This document shows positions 1-38,800 of a DNA stretch of 64,000 nucleotides, one piece after another (positions within the stretch are counted from its first letter, which is position 1; every line of letters starts with the position of its first letter). Below the pieces are notes generated by a model. The model was not told the DNA's origin. It did no database searches and saw nothing but the letters and a program-made list of their open reading frames with translations. Origin of the DNA: Phoronis australis (Eukaryota > Animalia > Phoronida). The stretch spans positions 583,626-647,625 of the forward strand of contig NMRA01000202.1 of the NCBI GenBank assembly GCA_002633005.1, given 5' to 3'. The translations under genes were made by a program, and so were the position numbers.

Positions 1-726
1 CTTGGTGCTTTCGTCACTGCAACGAGCTTCGGTAATCTTTTACATCAATTGAGGCTAGACGAGATCAGCACGGCGTCACTTACCAGCAAGCCAAGGTAAC
101 AATTCACTAAAGTTAACTTTTAAAATTCCTCATCAGGTGTATTATGTACGAGCTAGGGTTAAGCGACCTTTTCCAAATTTTTATTCAGGAATATACTATA
201 TGTAGGCCATTGAGTTTCATAAAAGAACAAGCTGTTGTTCACTAAATTTCGCTTGCAGCACAGTTTTATCATTAGTGGCACCACTAGCATCGCCACAAGG
301 CAATACATACTCATTACAAAAAAGCCCTTCACATTTGAAATGATTCTATTTTTTTCCACCATTCATAGGGAAGGGTTCTCGGGATACCCTCGTTCTTTGT
401 TTTGCTATATTGGTGCTGGAACTCGGATTTCAATTCGATACGATTAAAATTTTTCATTATACGTGTAGTTTTTTATATGCAGCTTTGGTGTCCAAGTCAA
501 TAGTTAGTAAGTTTGAAATGTAGATTTTTACCTTGAAAATGTTTTGTTATTGTCTCACAACCGAATTTCATGATCAAAGTAAAATATACTTGTACAGTTG
601 AGCAACTTTCTTAGTTCAGCTGATAGTTAATTGCATTCGAGCTACAACTGGAATCTTTAGGACGCCAGAAAAAGTACACATTGGCAGTTGTAAAGAAACA
701 CAGGAGGCAACTCACAGACAAATGAA

Positions 727-732
727 TTTATT
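727..732 (-). terminator. Putative CNOT3 polyadenylation signal (implies ~1.5-kb 3'UTR)
   Basis: AATAAA on - strand followed by a GT-rich tract. Confidence 0.5.
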
Positions 733-2223
733 TTATCATTTTCCAGCAAATCTTTGCTTCATAACCCGTAGTGCAAACCTCCGTACTTTGTATTTACAAA
801 CTCCTGGTTCAAAAAAACCAGAGCCGAGGTTTGATAACGGTTATAATTTACTGAACCTGTACAAAAATAAGGGGCAGTAGTTTACAGGGGCCAATTGTAC
901 AGTAAAACCAAGACACCTAGATCTTGTTTGTTTTTTTACACTTTTTCTAGAAAAAAGGTTAACAGCACTGCTGCTGCATTCATTGAACCAACAATAGAGT
1001 GATTATCAAAATGAAGTTCACTATGACCACACAGCAGTTTGGCAAGGAAATTAGCACAATCGACAACTGACAATCGAGTCACTGCAGATGTCAATACTAA
1101 AACCCGCCCAACAGCGAGTGTACAGAAATGCATCTCCTACGGAGATCTAGAAATAAAGCGATGAAGTAACATCATTGGCTATCTTAACTAACTCGTACTT
1201 ATTATTCTTCACAGTCGGCGAGAGTTTACTGCATTCGAACTGTAGGTCCAAATACCACTGACAACAGTGGCCGTGAAGGAAAATCACTACCATCCATGAT
1301 ACAAATGAAAGTTGGCAACCTTAGCACAGGAACTGAAATTCTCGACACGCTGGCAACGATAAGGAGCAAAACGACACGGCCTGCTTATTGCAAAGTTATG
1401 AAGTAGAAAATTGACAGAGGGACCAGCCCCAGTCAATTTTGATATACAACGTACACCCCCATGAGTCATTCCAAGGTGGAAAATCGACGGTACTGGACTC
1501 GATTACAAACCAACAATCAACAATCCAGGTTTAAGAATACTGGTGCCGGCAGCTCAAATATGTAAGCAATGTTGTACTACTAACACGGATCGAACCCTTT
1601 TCCACTTTTGTTCTATACAGAGTTGGACAAGAGTGCAGTCATTGCTAAGGTCAGCCTACACAATGCCAAGATCACGTAACACAATTAAAACTTAACCTCA
1701 TGATGCATATTCAAGGTCCAACTGAATGAATATCGTAATTAACAATTTTGTAAAACTTGACGAACTGCGAAAACAGGAACACTATTGTTAATCTAGTATA
1801 CAGCTACTTAATTGGCTTAGATCCTGTCAGAACGACAACTGTCATGACACAAGTACAAACTGCTCAAAATGAAATTTGTTGACAGATGGACCTTTCTCTC
1901 GCTTTCAGCTCACACTTCGGCAAGGTAATCCTTGAAAAACCTTAACAGTAATTTAATGAAATGACAATGACAAAGAGCTTTTCACCAAATGACAACACCG
2001 AAAGTTTCACAATGGTAGTTTGAACACTTAGGTCGAAAGTTTTCAGAAACTAGATTCAGTCTTGAGGGTTGGTTGGAATTTTGAAATAACTTTCAGCAGC
2101 TGCTATATTGTGATGGTTGGATGTGGATCGAGGGACACAAAGATCACAGCAGGAGACCAATCTCAATCTTCTCCGTCATAACATGGCAGGGGCAGACACA
2201 AGTCATCCTGGAAGGGTGACGGG

Positions 2224-28173
<25,950 letters not shown>

Positions 28174-28310
28174 CGCTACGTGTACACCCACAATATTGGT
28201 TGAAACATACTACGAAAGCACCCAGGGACTCCAACGCGTATACACGAAGGTATACAGAACTAATCTTTTCGCAGACTCGAGCTTTGTCTCGTACAAAATG
28301 GCTGCCTTCT
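28174..28310. promoter_or_regulatory. Putative compact bidirectional promoter for CNOT3/CEP131
   Basis: CpG-enriched stretch just upstream of the CNOT3 ATG; YY1-like CAAAATGGCTGCC at 28294-28306 facing CEP131; the CEP131 ATG exon begins with an acceptor, so an upstream first exon must exist. Confidence 0.5.
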
Positions 28311-29521
28311 TAGCGCACTATTTTTGTCCTATCATTACACCAAGTGCTTTGTTCTTTTCAAATCGCGGTTCTCACAAAATTGAGGGTAGTACATCATTAT
28401 GCGTATTTCTTAAGTGAATTTTTGTGTAATTTAATGAAATCCAGAAGAGTACAGCAATTTAAATATCAAGTATTAGGAAATCATACGAAATGAATGTTAA
28501 TTGCTGATATAGTTCGGCGGATTGGGTGATGTAAAAAGTAGTGTGTTTTGAATATTATGGGATGCCGAACAAGTGCGCATGTCTTTGGTGGCGGATGTTT
28601 GACACAGTTTAAATATTGTGTGTTTCTACATATTTTGCTGAGCTGTGAATTTGCATTTGTAGAAGATGTTTATTTTGTCTGTGAGTATCACGAATGAATC
28701 TTTTACCTGTTTAGTGTTTGAGTGGGCATTTACGTGGTCACGCTACCACAAGCTTTCGTACACAGCAATTACTCTGATGTGATTTTGACAGTGACCGTAG
28801 CAATCGTGCATGCCTGGTAGTGGTAGGAATTCGCTGTCTCTCGGCGAAAAAACTGTAGCCAAAGTTATGTCCTCTCCTTGAAAACACACGGCAATATTTC
28901 GTGAAGTCTTAATTTTTAGCGAGGACCTAGAGTTACTGAACTCTACCCTGCCCCCCTGGTGTGAACTGATGACTAGTGTCCATCCTCACTCCCCAGCTCC
29001 AGGTCGACCTTCCAGGGTCAAAGTCGTTAACGTCTTTCAATTTCGGAGTGATCAAACACCAGTAAATCTGTACAGTGAAATTTTGCAATTAATGAGTGGG
29101 CAAAAAGTGTACAATCAATCAGTATTCTACTGAGCGAGGACAATTTCTCCTATGTCATAGGGAGTTGAACCCGGGTTGAACGTGTGAGAGCGGAGGGTCT
29201 GTAGCGTTCAGCTTAGAGGCAATTGCTACTCGACAAGCGATTTAGAGAGTCTTTATCTGGTTGTACATCACACATGCAAGTCACGCGTCACAACAGTACT
29301 TTAGTAAAGCAAACCTGAATCTCAAGTACCTTGAAATTGTGGATTTATTGTCATGCATATCACATTCTCATTAATCATCACCTGTGCAAATTACGATCAC
29401 ATGAAGAAATTTTTCTTCAGGTATGATACGGCGTGGAAATCAAATGATTCAAAGAACTTATTTACTTAGAGATTCAATTTTTTACTCTTGGCTTTTTACT
29501 CTGCCATTTGTATTTTTCGTG

Positions 29522-30737
29522 CAGGGCTCGACATAACGAGCTGCAGGTTGCAAATGCGACCTGAAATTTGGAAATGCGAGCTGAGATTTTTGCCAGCTCA
29601 TATCAAGTCGCAAACTACGACCTGGAATTTCCAAGGTATGCGAGCTGAGTTTGTTCACTCTTCTCGGCAGATACCTGACAAATATGATGCAATTCGTGTG
29701 AAACGGGCGCTATTTGGTTGTTGCCAAATCGAGTTCAAAAGAACACTGACCAAAAAGAGCCGTCCCTGTGGCTTGTCAACATGTCGCGTGAACATGGGAT
29801 AATACAGAATCGATCTTTGATGCGTTTTATTGCTGCTAACATTTTCGGCTTCTTTCATTAAATTTCTGGATGCGCCTGACCACGGCGTAACAGCAGTGTT
29901 TCTACTAATTCTTAAACGATCAACTTACCAAACTTTGTGGTGGAAAAACATATTTATTTTTCACGTAAGATGCCCTTATTATCAAATATCCACGACAATG
30001 CATCCTGATATCGCACTGCGACTTTGGTCGGTCCCGTTGTTATCATGCAAGCGGTCCTGCGGCAACGATTGTTACGTGGAAATGTGCATATCGGCGTCTC
30101 GTTTTTTATTGCAAACGACTGCAACTGTGAAAATGACAACCCTACTAATCGTCAAACTTTCAGCAAAGTAGTTTTTGAGTGGCCAATAAATTCTCCGCTA
30201 CTCTGTCACGGTTTGTTAGAAAAAAATATACACACAAGGAACATCGAAGCCCAACTACGCATGAGGCTTCGTTTCTTTTTCCCGTCAAAACACAACTTAT
30301 GGTACCTCCAGTTTCAATGAACTGTCGACTGAGTCGAGAAATCTTCCTGAGCATGTGCCTGACCGTGATGTAGCCCCACGGCACACGCACCCAATCTTTG
30401 TCGAGTGAGTTGTAAATGAAACCTCGACCGTAGCGAAGATCTAAATCTGCACATACTCACATGAAAACTAAATTGAATTTATGATGAGCTGGCAGCACTG
30501 TTATGGGGCCAGAGTGAACATAGGGCACATAAAATTTATTACAAGTAACAGTAGTACTAGGATTGCAAGGATGATCTAAAAAAACATCGACTTTAGAATT
30601 TAAAAATGGCGGAAAATTTTGCCACCTGGCATTCATAAATGCGAGCTGGATTTTGAAAATGCGACCTGGGATTTTGGCTAGGTTGCAAAACGCAAATGCG
30701 TTTTTCAACCTGGCGATTTTTATAACGTCGAGTCCTG
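29522..30737. mobile_element. hAT-like element carrying a HIRAN-like relic
   Basis: Termini CAGGGCTCGAC...GTCGAGTCCTG, subterminal GCGA(C/G)CTG repeats, flanks TCGTG/TCATG (possible 5-bp TSD). Confidence 0.65.
30232..30414 (-). pseudogene. Second degenerate HIRAN-like domain fragment
   Basis: YNSLDKDWVRV...TVRHMLRKISRLSRQFIETGGTISCVLTGKR...GL(frameshift)DVPC; aligns with the 24669-24899 peptide. Confidence 0.55.
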
Positions 30738-32108
30738 TCATGTGCATTCACTTGGCTGGTGGGTGGCATTTGGGTCAGTATGCCGTTGTCATGAAAAGCA
30801 GACGAGAAACTGCAGATGCTCAAATCTCACTTTGCGAAAGTTCATGATCTCCAGGGAGTGGCTTGTGTAGGAGGAGCTGTTCGAGAGTGGATAAACAAGA
30901 CCGGCAGATGGTGACAATAGTTGAAGGTCACTGAGCGCTTTGTTTTTGTTACTGTTCTGGTAGTGAGTGTTAGTTGACCCAGCTGGTTTGAGTTTGCAAG
31001 CATTGTCAGAAATTGAAGTCCCGTTTGGTGAGCAGCAAAAGACTTAAATTGCATTTCGCAAGCGAGCCTCGCACTCAGGTCGCCAATGGCAATTTCACCT
31101 CAAAAATTGCGAGCTAGTACTCGCCAAATCAAACAGGGTTCCATAAGTAGACAAAAATTTGATTTTGCTAATGCTATCATACTCAACAAGTATTTCCCCC
31201 ACTGCGTTAAATATATTTAACACTGTGGACAATGTCCATTTCACCCAATCTGTGCAAAATGTTTTATGGCTATGTCTTAGAACTATAATACTTCAGAACT
31301 GTTTTATTTTTAGCTTGAAATTACTTCGTAGATAACTTACTAAATTTTTTGAGAATTTTGAAGGAATGACGGTAATTGTTTACAATACGCCTCCAAGATC
31401 ATACCTTCGGGTCTTGTATGTTTTCTGATTCTACTCTATATATTGATTCCATAACTGATTTGAAAAAATGATTGTATTCTTGTATCTGTGAGATCACTGT
31501 TTTGCATAGGTTTTATTTTCGGTATACTAAGACAAGATCAACAATTTTTCGTAAGAATGCTCTGTGTTGGTGATAATTGGGCACAGTCCTGATACAAAAT
31601 TGTCTCTAAGGAAATGTAGCCCTAGCTTAAAATTGAGAGTTTCAGACCAATCTGACCACCGGTGTGCCCACTAGTGGCAATTTTATCTTTTTTACATTTT
31701 CCTGTTTCTATTAGGATTTCATTGATGGATTTTCATGAAACTTGGCATATGGGATTCTATTCATTTTCAGACAGATTTGACATATTTTGTGTCACCTAGT
31801 GGAGATTTTTACAAGTGTCCATTTTTGGCATCCACCTCTCCATCCGCTAAACCACTCAAAGGATCATTGTGAAAATTCGCACTGTTTTTGACGAGAAGAC
31901 TTCATGTGACGTTGATATTTGAAAGGGTTTGGCTACTTTGGCACTCCTTGGTATTTTTTGTTGCATCTCTTTAACCCTTTGCACGATATTTGTGAAACTT
32001 GGGTTCGACATATTCTGCATTGTCTAAATGATAGTAATAAACACAGCATTGCAGTTGGGGGTGAATTTCAATGCTTCATGTTGCTCTTGTACAAGAAGAA
32101 ATGGCCTN

Positions 32109-32227
32109 CAGCACTTCTTACAGGAACGACCACCCATAATTTGAGTTTTTTTCTGAAGACCACCACCCATGAATTTTTATTTCTACTGCCGTCCCCCCCT
32201 CCCACACAGATTTTACTGGAACAGCCC
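32109..32227. mobile_element. Right end of the same Harbinger-like MITE, truncated by a gap
   Basis: Near-identical to 7063-7177; followed by TGA. Confidence 0.75.
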
Positions 32228-32679
32228 TGATGGATTTTCAGGAAACTTGGCATATGGGATTCTATTCATTTTCAGACAGATTTGACATATTTTGTGTCAC
32301 CTAGTGGAGATTTTTACAAGTGTCCATTTTTGGCATCCACCTCTCCATCCGCTAAACCACTCAAAGGATCATTGTGAAAATTCGCACTGTTTTTGACGAG
32401 AAGACTTCATGTGACGTTGATATTTGAAAGGGTTTGGCTACTTTGGCACTCCTTGGTATTTTTTGTTGCATCTCTTTAACCCTTTGCACGATATTTGTGA
32501 AACTTGGGTTCGACATATTCTGCATTGTCTAAATGATAGTAATAAACACAGCATTGCAGTTGGGGGTGAATTTCAATGCTTCATGTTGCTCTTGTACAAG
32601 AAGAAATGGCCTAATTCAATTTTCCTTTTTCGGCTAGCTAAGCAAGACACCAGTTAATGTGCTTTCTTTTTCAGTGACA

Positions 32680-32832
32680 ATGTCGTCCAGAAGACCTGCT
32701 TCTGGAGCTGATAACTTGGACCTGAGCTTGACTGGGTCCCAGTTCTCGAGTCTCTCAACTGGCAACAAACGCCCTTCCTCAGCCAAGTCAGGAAAACGAC
32801 CTAGTTCAGCATCAGGCTCGCGTTCAGCAGCG
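32680..32832 (+). CDS. CEP131: CEP131 coding exon 1
   Basis: tttttcag|TGACA ATG; MSSRRPASGADNLDLSLTGSQ... Confidence 0.82.
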
Positions 32833-35800
32833 GTGGGTATTTGATGTATTGTAGCTGTGTAAAAAGGGTCATTTTTAGGAGTTAATTTTTGTTTTTTGGA
32901 TTAATTCAGACTGTGCTTTACTGTGTGATAAAAATTAAGGACAGACTGCTCAGCAAACAGTAGATGGAGTCGCTTGTTAGCGCTCGGCAGTTTTAACTGT
33001 TGTTATTTAGCCAGGCCATGACTTACAAGCACCCATAGGAATCAATTGTGTTCTCCTCTCCAGAAGTGTTGAGCTCTTTGCTCACTTTGCTGGCACCTAG
33101 TGTGTTTCACTAACAAAAACATTATCAGTTGAAGTAAGATTGTTACTCCACTGTTCTTGTGGGGTCTCATTGCTCAGGCACTAGTTTTTGTCTGCCTTCA
33201 ATCTCCCTTCATGTCAATGACAGGATTATGTGTAATGAGTGTTCAAAATTGTCTTCATCATTGCAGTCTCTGAATGCAGTAAATGGTTACCATGGCAGCA
33301 GTGACAACAGCAGTAGCAGAGGGGTGAAGAAGAAGCACGCCAGAGGTATGATGTAATGTATTCTGTTGTCTTCATCGTTACCCTGTGTCTTACCATTGAG
33401 CATCTTTGGTGTCATTTGCTATGAAGCTGAACCATTGATGAGTCATATTTCAACCCTAAACAATGGGTTTTGTACGTGCTCCGAGCAACAGTCAGAGGAC
33501 ATCTTGAATGGTTAAGAAGTCAAGGAGGGTCAAGAAGGGTGGTATAATTTGGTCACTGGGTTAATTGAAACCAGCTCTGCTGGTCTGGATTTCATGGTTA
33601 AACTCTAATCGGGTTTTGATTAGTCCAGAGGTGCTTTAGCGTGTTACAAATGACAAACTTCAAAGTAACATCAAATTAGAATGAAGTGCTTTCCTAAGCC
33701 AAAAATAATGAAGAGTTAAGTCGTCTTGTTTCGTGACTTGATTTTCTTAACTGTTACGAAATTAAAACCAGAACAGTCGACACTCGCCATTGTGTGAAAC
33801 GGGATATTGCAATGTAGTAGTCATATAACCTAAATAGCTCTAAATAATCCTTTATTCAACAGTACCCAGTGTGTGCATGTAGAAATTAAAGCGTGACCTA
33901 CTAAAATAGTCTTTCTGTGATATTGTAGTCACAAGCTGAGCCTTACCGCTTTGAATATTTAAACGATCTCGTATCATTTTCTATTTCAGCCGGCAGCCAC
34001 ACAGGTCCACTGAGTGGTCGTAGTGATGTCAGTGCTACAGCAAGTGTCAAAAGTTCTGGGCGGTCTGGGAATAAGTCCACGCGCCAGTGAGTAGACGCTA
34101 CATTTTATAAGTCTGATCTTGTCGGACTGCTATAAACAAGCCGTATAAACTACACTGTGTAGGGAATGATGACATACTAGGCACTGTAAATGTATCCTAT
34201 AAAATTTAGGGTGATTTCTGTGATGAGAATATTTGGTCGTTAGTTGGAATAGTGATATTTATGTTAACAGACGTCTTTCGTTATTCAGGATTGAGTTTCT
34301 TAACCTTTTACTCAATATTAGGAGGCCGATTAGACTATATATGTGTAAAATCTTTGGTCGTATTTTATTACGTGGCTGAAAGCAATGTCCAGATGTTCAT
34401 AAGCACAAGGATTGCATTTCCTTGCAAAAATTGTGATTTTTTCATGGTGATCTTCGTTTTTTTCACAAATTTTTTTCAAATTCTGTTCCTTGATTCCATT
34501 TGCTACAGATGCAAATTCTGTATTTTTGTTTTGAGGCCTTTTAGTCCTAAGAACTCAGCTATCAAAAATTGTGACTTCTGGTTTTTCATGGAATGTCAAC
34601 GTTTTCAATGTTGGCAGCGGAGTTCTCAGGTTTCCAGGCTTTAAAAGAAAATTCCAAGGTCGTTTTTGTAGCTGCAATGGAAACAGAATTTTTCAAGTTT
34701 CGTGCAAAACAAATCCATGTTTGTGGAAATTACTGTGAGTGAAGATTTTTAAAAAAAATGCTGACAGATGATAACAAATATCTGGACATTATTGTTATGC
34801 ACATATTAAGATTCTGTGATCATCAATGGTTTTAAACATATACAGTTTTATGGGTCCATAGTCAGTGCTCGTGATTTAAGAAGTTCGGTCTGTGGTACTG
34901 AAGGTTGCCTTAAAGACATATACATCAAAAATGTTTCATTCTGAAAACCGAAATTTTTATGGTTTTAAGAGGTTTAAATTTCCCAAATTTAAAGTTGTTA
35001 TGTAGACCATGATATGTGTGCATTGCCATTGTAACATGGAATTGATGGTGATGTGTAGCCTTGATGCTTACAACCCGGTCTAATTTTTGAGTTGGCACAA
35101 ATGAGTAATTCACATGTATCTCTTCAAGCTTGGCGTACGTCACAGATATTTACATACCTAATCTTAGTTTTTGACTGGAGGACTCGGCTAAGTAGAAGTA
35201 CTGACTTGACAATGTATTCGTCACAGATATTTTACATACCTAATCTTAGTTTCTGACTGGAGGATTTGGCTAAGTAGAAGTACTGACTTGATAATGTATT
35301 CCTGGTGTGTTTTGTTCTGTGGTTAAGTACATGTATTTCTTCAGGGATGACTTCTTGGTCCTTTTTGAAAGTTCTACGCAGCCTAAAATAGTGCAACAGA
35401 ACAAGGCAAAGAAGTCGTTGTCCTCGTCCAAACTGAACAAAGGGCTGTGGAACGACACTGTATGTATGATGAGAGTATAGGGCTATGGAACGACACTGTA
35501 TGTATGATGAGAGTATAATGACTCGATAGTTTAGACAAAGCTCCGTGATGTTTGTGGCTTGGGAATGAGTAGAATGAAAAAATGTTTGAAAATAGTTGGA
35601 CTAGGGATGAGCGTAGCCAATCATTATGTTAGCAAAGTGGGCTCTACCTGTACCTGTGGAGGACTCCTAGTGGGCTCTACCTGTACCTGTGGAGGACTCC
35701 TAGTGGGTAAATTAGCAAAGTGCGCTCNCTAGTGGGCTCTACCTGTACCTGTGGAGGTCTCCTAGCGGGTAAATTAGCAAAGTGGGCTCTACCTGTACCT

Positions 35801-38800
35801 GTGGAGGACTCCTAGCGGGTAAAAAGTGATGACATTCAAAATAAGATATCATACAAATGAAGCGGTTTATTATTAGCAAAAATAGAACTTTATGAGCTCC
35901 ATTCTGACCACAGTACAATTGTTGATAGAAGACAAGAAGCGCTAACTAGTCTAATTTCATGACTCCATTTTTTGTGACGTGTGGCACATTTAAGATAATA
36001 ATCATATTCCGGAAGCAATGCTCAAATTAATGTTTCATTATATAATGCAGTTCTGTGCTTACACTCAGACCTCCTCTATTGCTTTGGTGTGATTGACTAC
36101 TGGATCATTAATCTGAGTTTTTTACATTCCAGTCCTTGAAGACGAACGTTCTTCCAAACGCAAGTAATCTTTCATCACCAATGTTTGATGGGACGCGGCC
36201 AAAGACTTACGCGGCATTTACACCTGTCAGCGCCCGCAGTACAAGCACTGTAGACAGCGAGGTGGATTGTACAAACACAAATGGCGACTATGTAAGGAGG
36301 TCCAATGATCTGGACAATTATTTCACAACTTCATCCAAGTTAGACAAGCAAACTAACGAGGCTGAATTGCTAGTAGAGTCATCTCGAAATCGCTACAGCA
36401 ATGAATTTGAATCGCCTACCTCTCTGCGGAGGTCAAATGAGGAATTTGTGACCTCTTTGTCGTTTGGCAAATCAAATGACTTAACGCCCACCTTGAACTC
36501 TCTTAGAGACAGTGGCGAGCGTGGTTTGTCAACTCCAAAAGTCCCGAATGAAAACAGTGCGGCATCGAGGAATAGTATTGCTAATAACATGACCTTGCAG
36601 GCTCAGTCCAGGACAATGAAGACATCTGTCAGTAGCATTGAGAATATCAAGCACAAAATGCCTGTCAATCAAGTGAAAGAGTCGCAGGTGGGCGGAGCCG
36701 TTCACGTTGGTCGCAATATTGCGGAAGACTACATCAAAACTGTGAATATGGCAGCAACAAAAATCCAGCGATTTTACCGAAAGTTCTTGCGTAGGAAACG
36801 CACCAGCGAGGCGGCGATGCGCCGTCTGTTGGCTCAGAAGAGGGAAGACATGCAGAATCAACTGAGGAAGTCTGGTGAAGTGACAGCACGTAGGACTGAG
36901 GAGGATCGTAAGAAGGCACGGGAGGAGAAAGCTCGTGTTGCCAGGCAACAGGCTATACAGGTGTGTTTGATTGTGTCAGTGTGGTTATGCGGTGGTGACA
37001 TCAGAACTGTTGAAACATTCCACCTTGGTTTTATTTAAAACTATTTGGAACTCTTGATCGCATAACACTGTGATAACATAACCAAGAATATTTTGAGTTG
37101 TGTGTCCATGTGTGGTCAGAAAATTCTTAAAAGGAAATGACCATTTTTAATGTTACCTTTAGTAAAAATGCAGATCTGTCTCTTGTAGAGACATTTTGAT
37201 GTTGACAACTGTTCCGTTCATATGGCGAGTATGGAACAGTATAAAGTGACATAATGGCACTCATTTTGGTTTTGCATTCATCTATTCAGAAAACACGAAT
37301 AACCCACCCAATAGGTAGTATATGTTTCCTTAACAGAACTGAATGCAGAACCAAGGTTTGGGCCCTTCATCGACTCGGTTATGTCACTTTTTATTGTTCC
37401 ATAGATAGTGACTAAATGCGAGGAGAACAGTAACAAACACCGAAAAATGTATTTTCAAGATAATCAGGGATCTGTACTACTTAACCTAACATCGAAAACT
37501 GTTGCTTTTCCCAGAAAAGTCTATCTGGAATGGGTTCTTTGTAGGCCAGTGTATGGCATGCAAAGTTTTTTTGATCTCTCCAAACTCTCAAGCTTGAGAA
37601 ATGATAGCCCTGTCCAATTTTATTTATCTGGAACAGGTTGATGAACTGACTACTCTTAGCTTCTGAAAAATTCTGGTCTGCACTACAATGGTGCCTTGAT
37701 TTTAAAGTATGTGCCATTGTTATGATTATTTTACACACAATATTTTGCAAAAAAAATAAAATGCATCTGTTTTATGCAACCACTTAATGCAATCAAAGAA
37801 TGTTTTGATATAAGAGGTTGAAAAGTAAACACTGCGTCATTCCTTACTTTCTTAGGAACTGCAACAAAAGCGTGAAGAAAAACGTCTGGAGAACCAGCGA
37901 ATCGCAGAGGAGGAGGTCGCCATGCTGCAGGCCAGTGGCAAAATCTCCAAATCACCAGTTAAGGGCAAGAAGAAGGTGCTGACGAAGACCCGGCCCAAGA
38001 ACGCCATCCCTGTGGCCGATTCAGACACTGACGTGGAACCAGTGAACTCATCACGACCCAACACTGCCAGCAGTGTCGGTCGTAAGGTGGATGACATATT
38101 TAAGGTTGGTTACGGTTGGAGTTATTGGTAATGGTAATCTGGTAATCTGTTGCCTGATTGTTTGGTGTCATTTTGGTAATTTGGAAATGACCTTGATCAT
38201 AGGTTTAAGTGTACTTTAATGTAATTTCAAGATTGGAGACAACACCCAATTGGACAACTCTGTCACTTCAAATTATTGAAGGATGCGTCAAGTAACTGAT
38301 TTTGAATGATCTTATCACCAGAACATCACAACTAGATTGTAACCTAGACCTCCGATCACTCTGGTGTTTTCACTTATATATTGATCAAGGCAGTTTCCAG
38401 TCGATGCTTTTGACCAATTCTTAGACTTATACTTTTCCGTCAAGTAGTAATGTGTCGAAAAATAGATTGGGGCAACGTACGACCATAGAAAAGTGTCCAA
38501 ATTTGATCAACTTTGGAACGTCATATCTCTGAAATCATGGCTGATTGTATTTCATTGTGAAACTTTCACATACTATGGCTTGTACACAGTTCTCCAAAGT
38601 GTTCAACTTTTGCATTTGGGACGTTCAAAAAAAGGACCTGTCTTTTTATGAAAAAAGTTGAATAAAAGCGGAATGATATTTTAGAAAACTGTCGCAACAT
38701 TTTTGAGATTTCATCTTAAACCATTATATCAAATGAAATTTAGTCAATCGACACATTATTGATACTGCTGTTTTGCGATGAATGTGTTCTAAATTTTACT

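Noticed and set aside
1-162. piggyBac-like terminus (AGGG-TTAA) or exon of a neighbouring gene
   Set aside because: Only one end is visible at the window edge; no partner TIR or recognisable peptide.
35634-35820. CRISPR-like repeat array
   Set aside because: Eukaryotic intron, no unique spacers, no cas genes; an ordinary minisatellite at an assembly gap.
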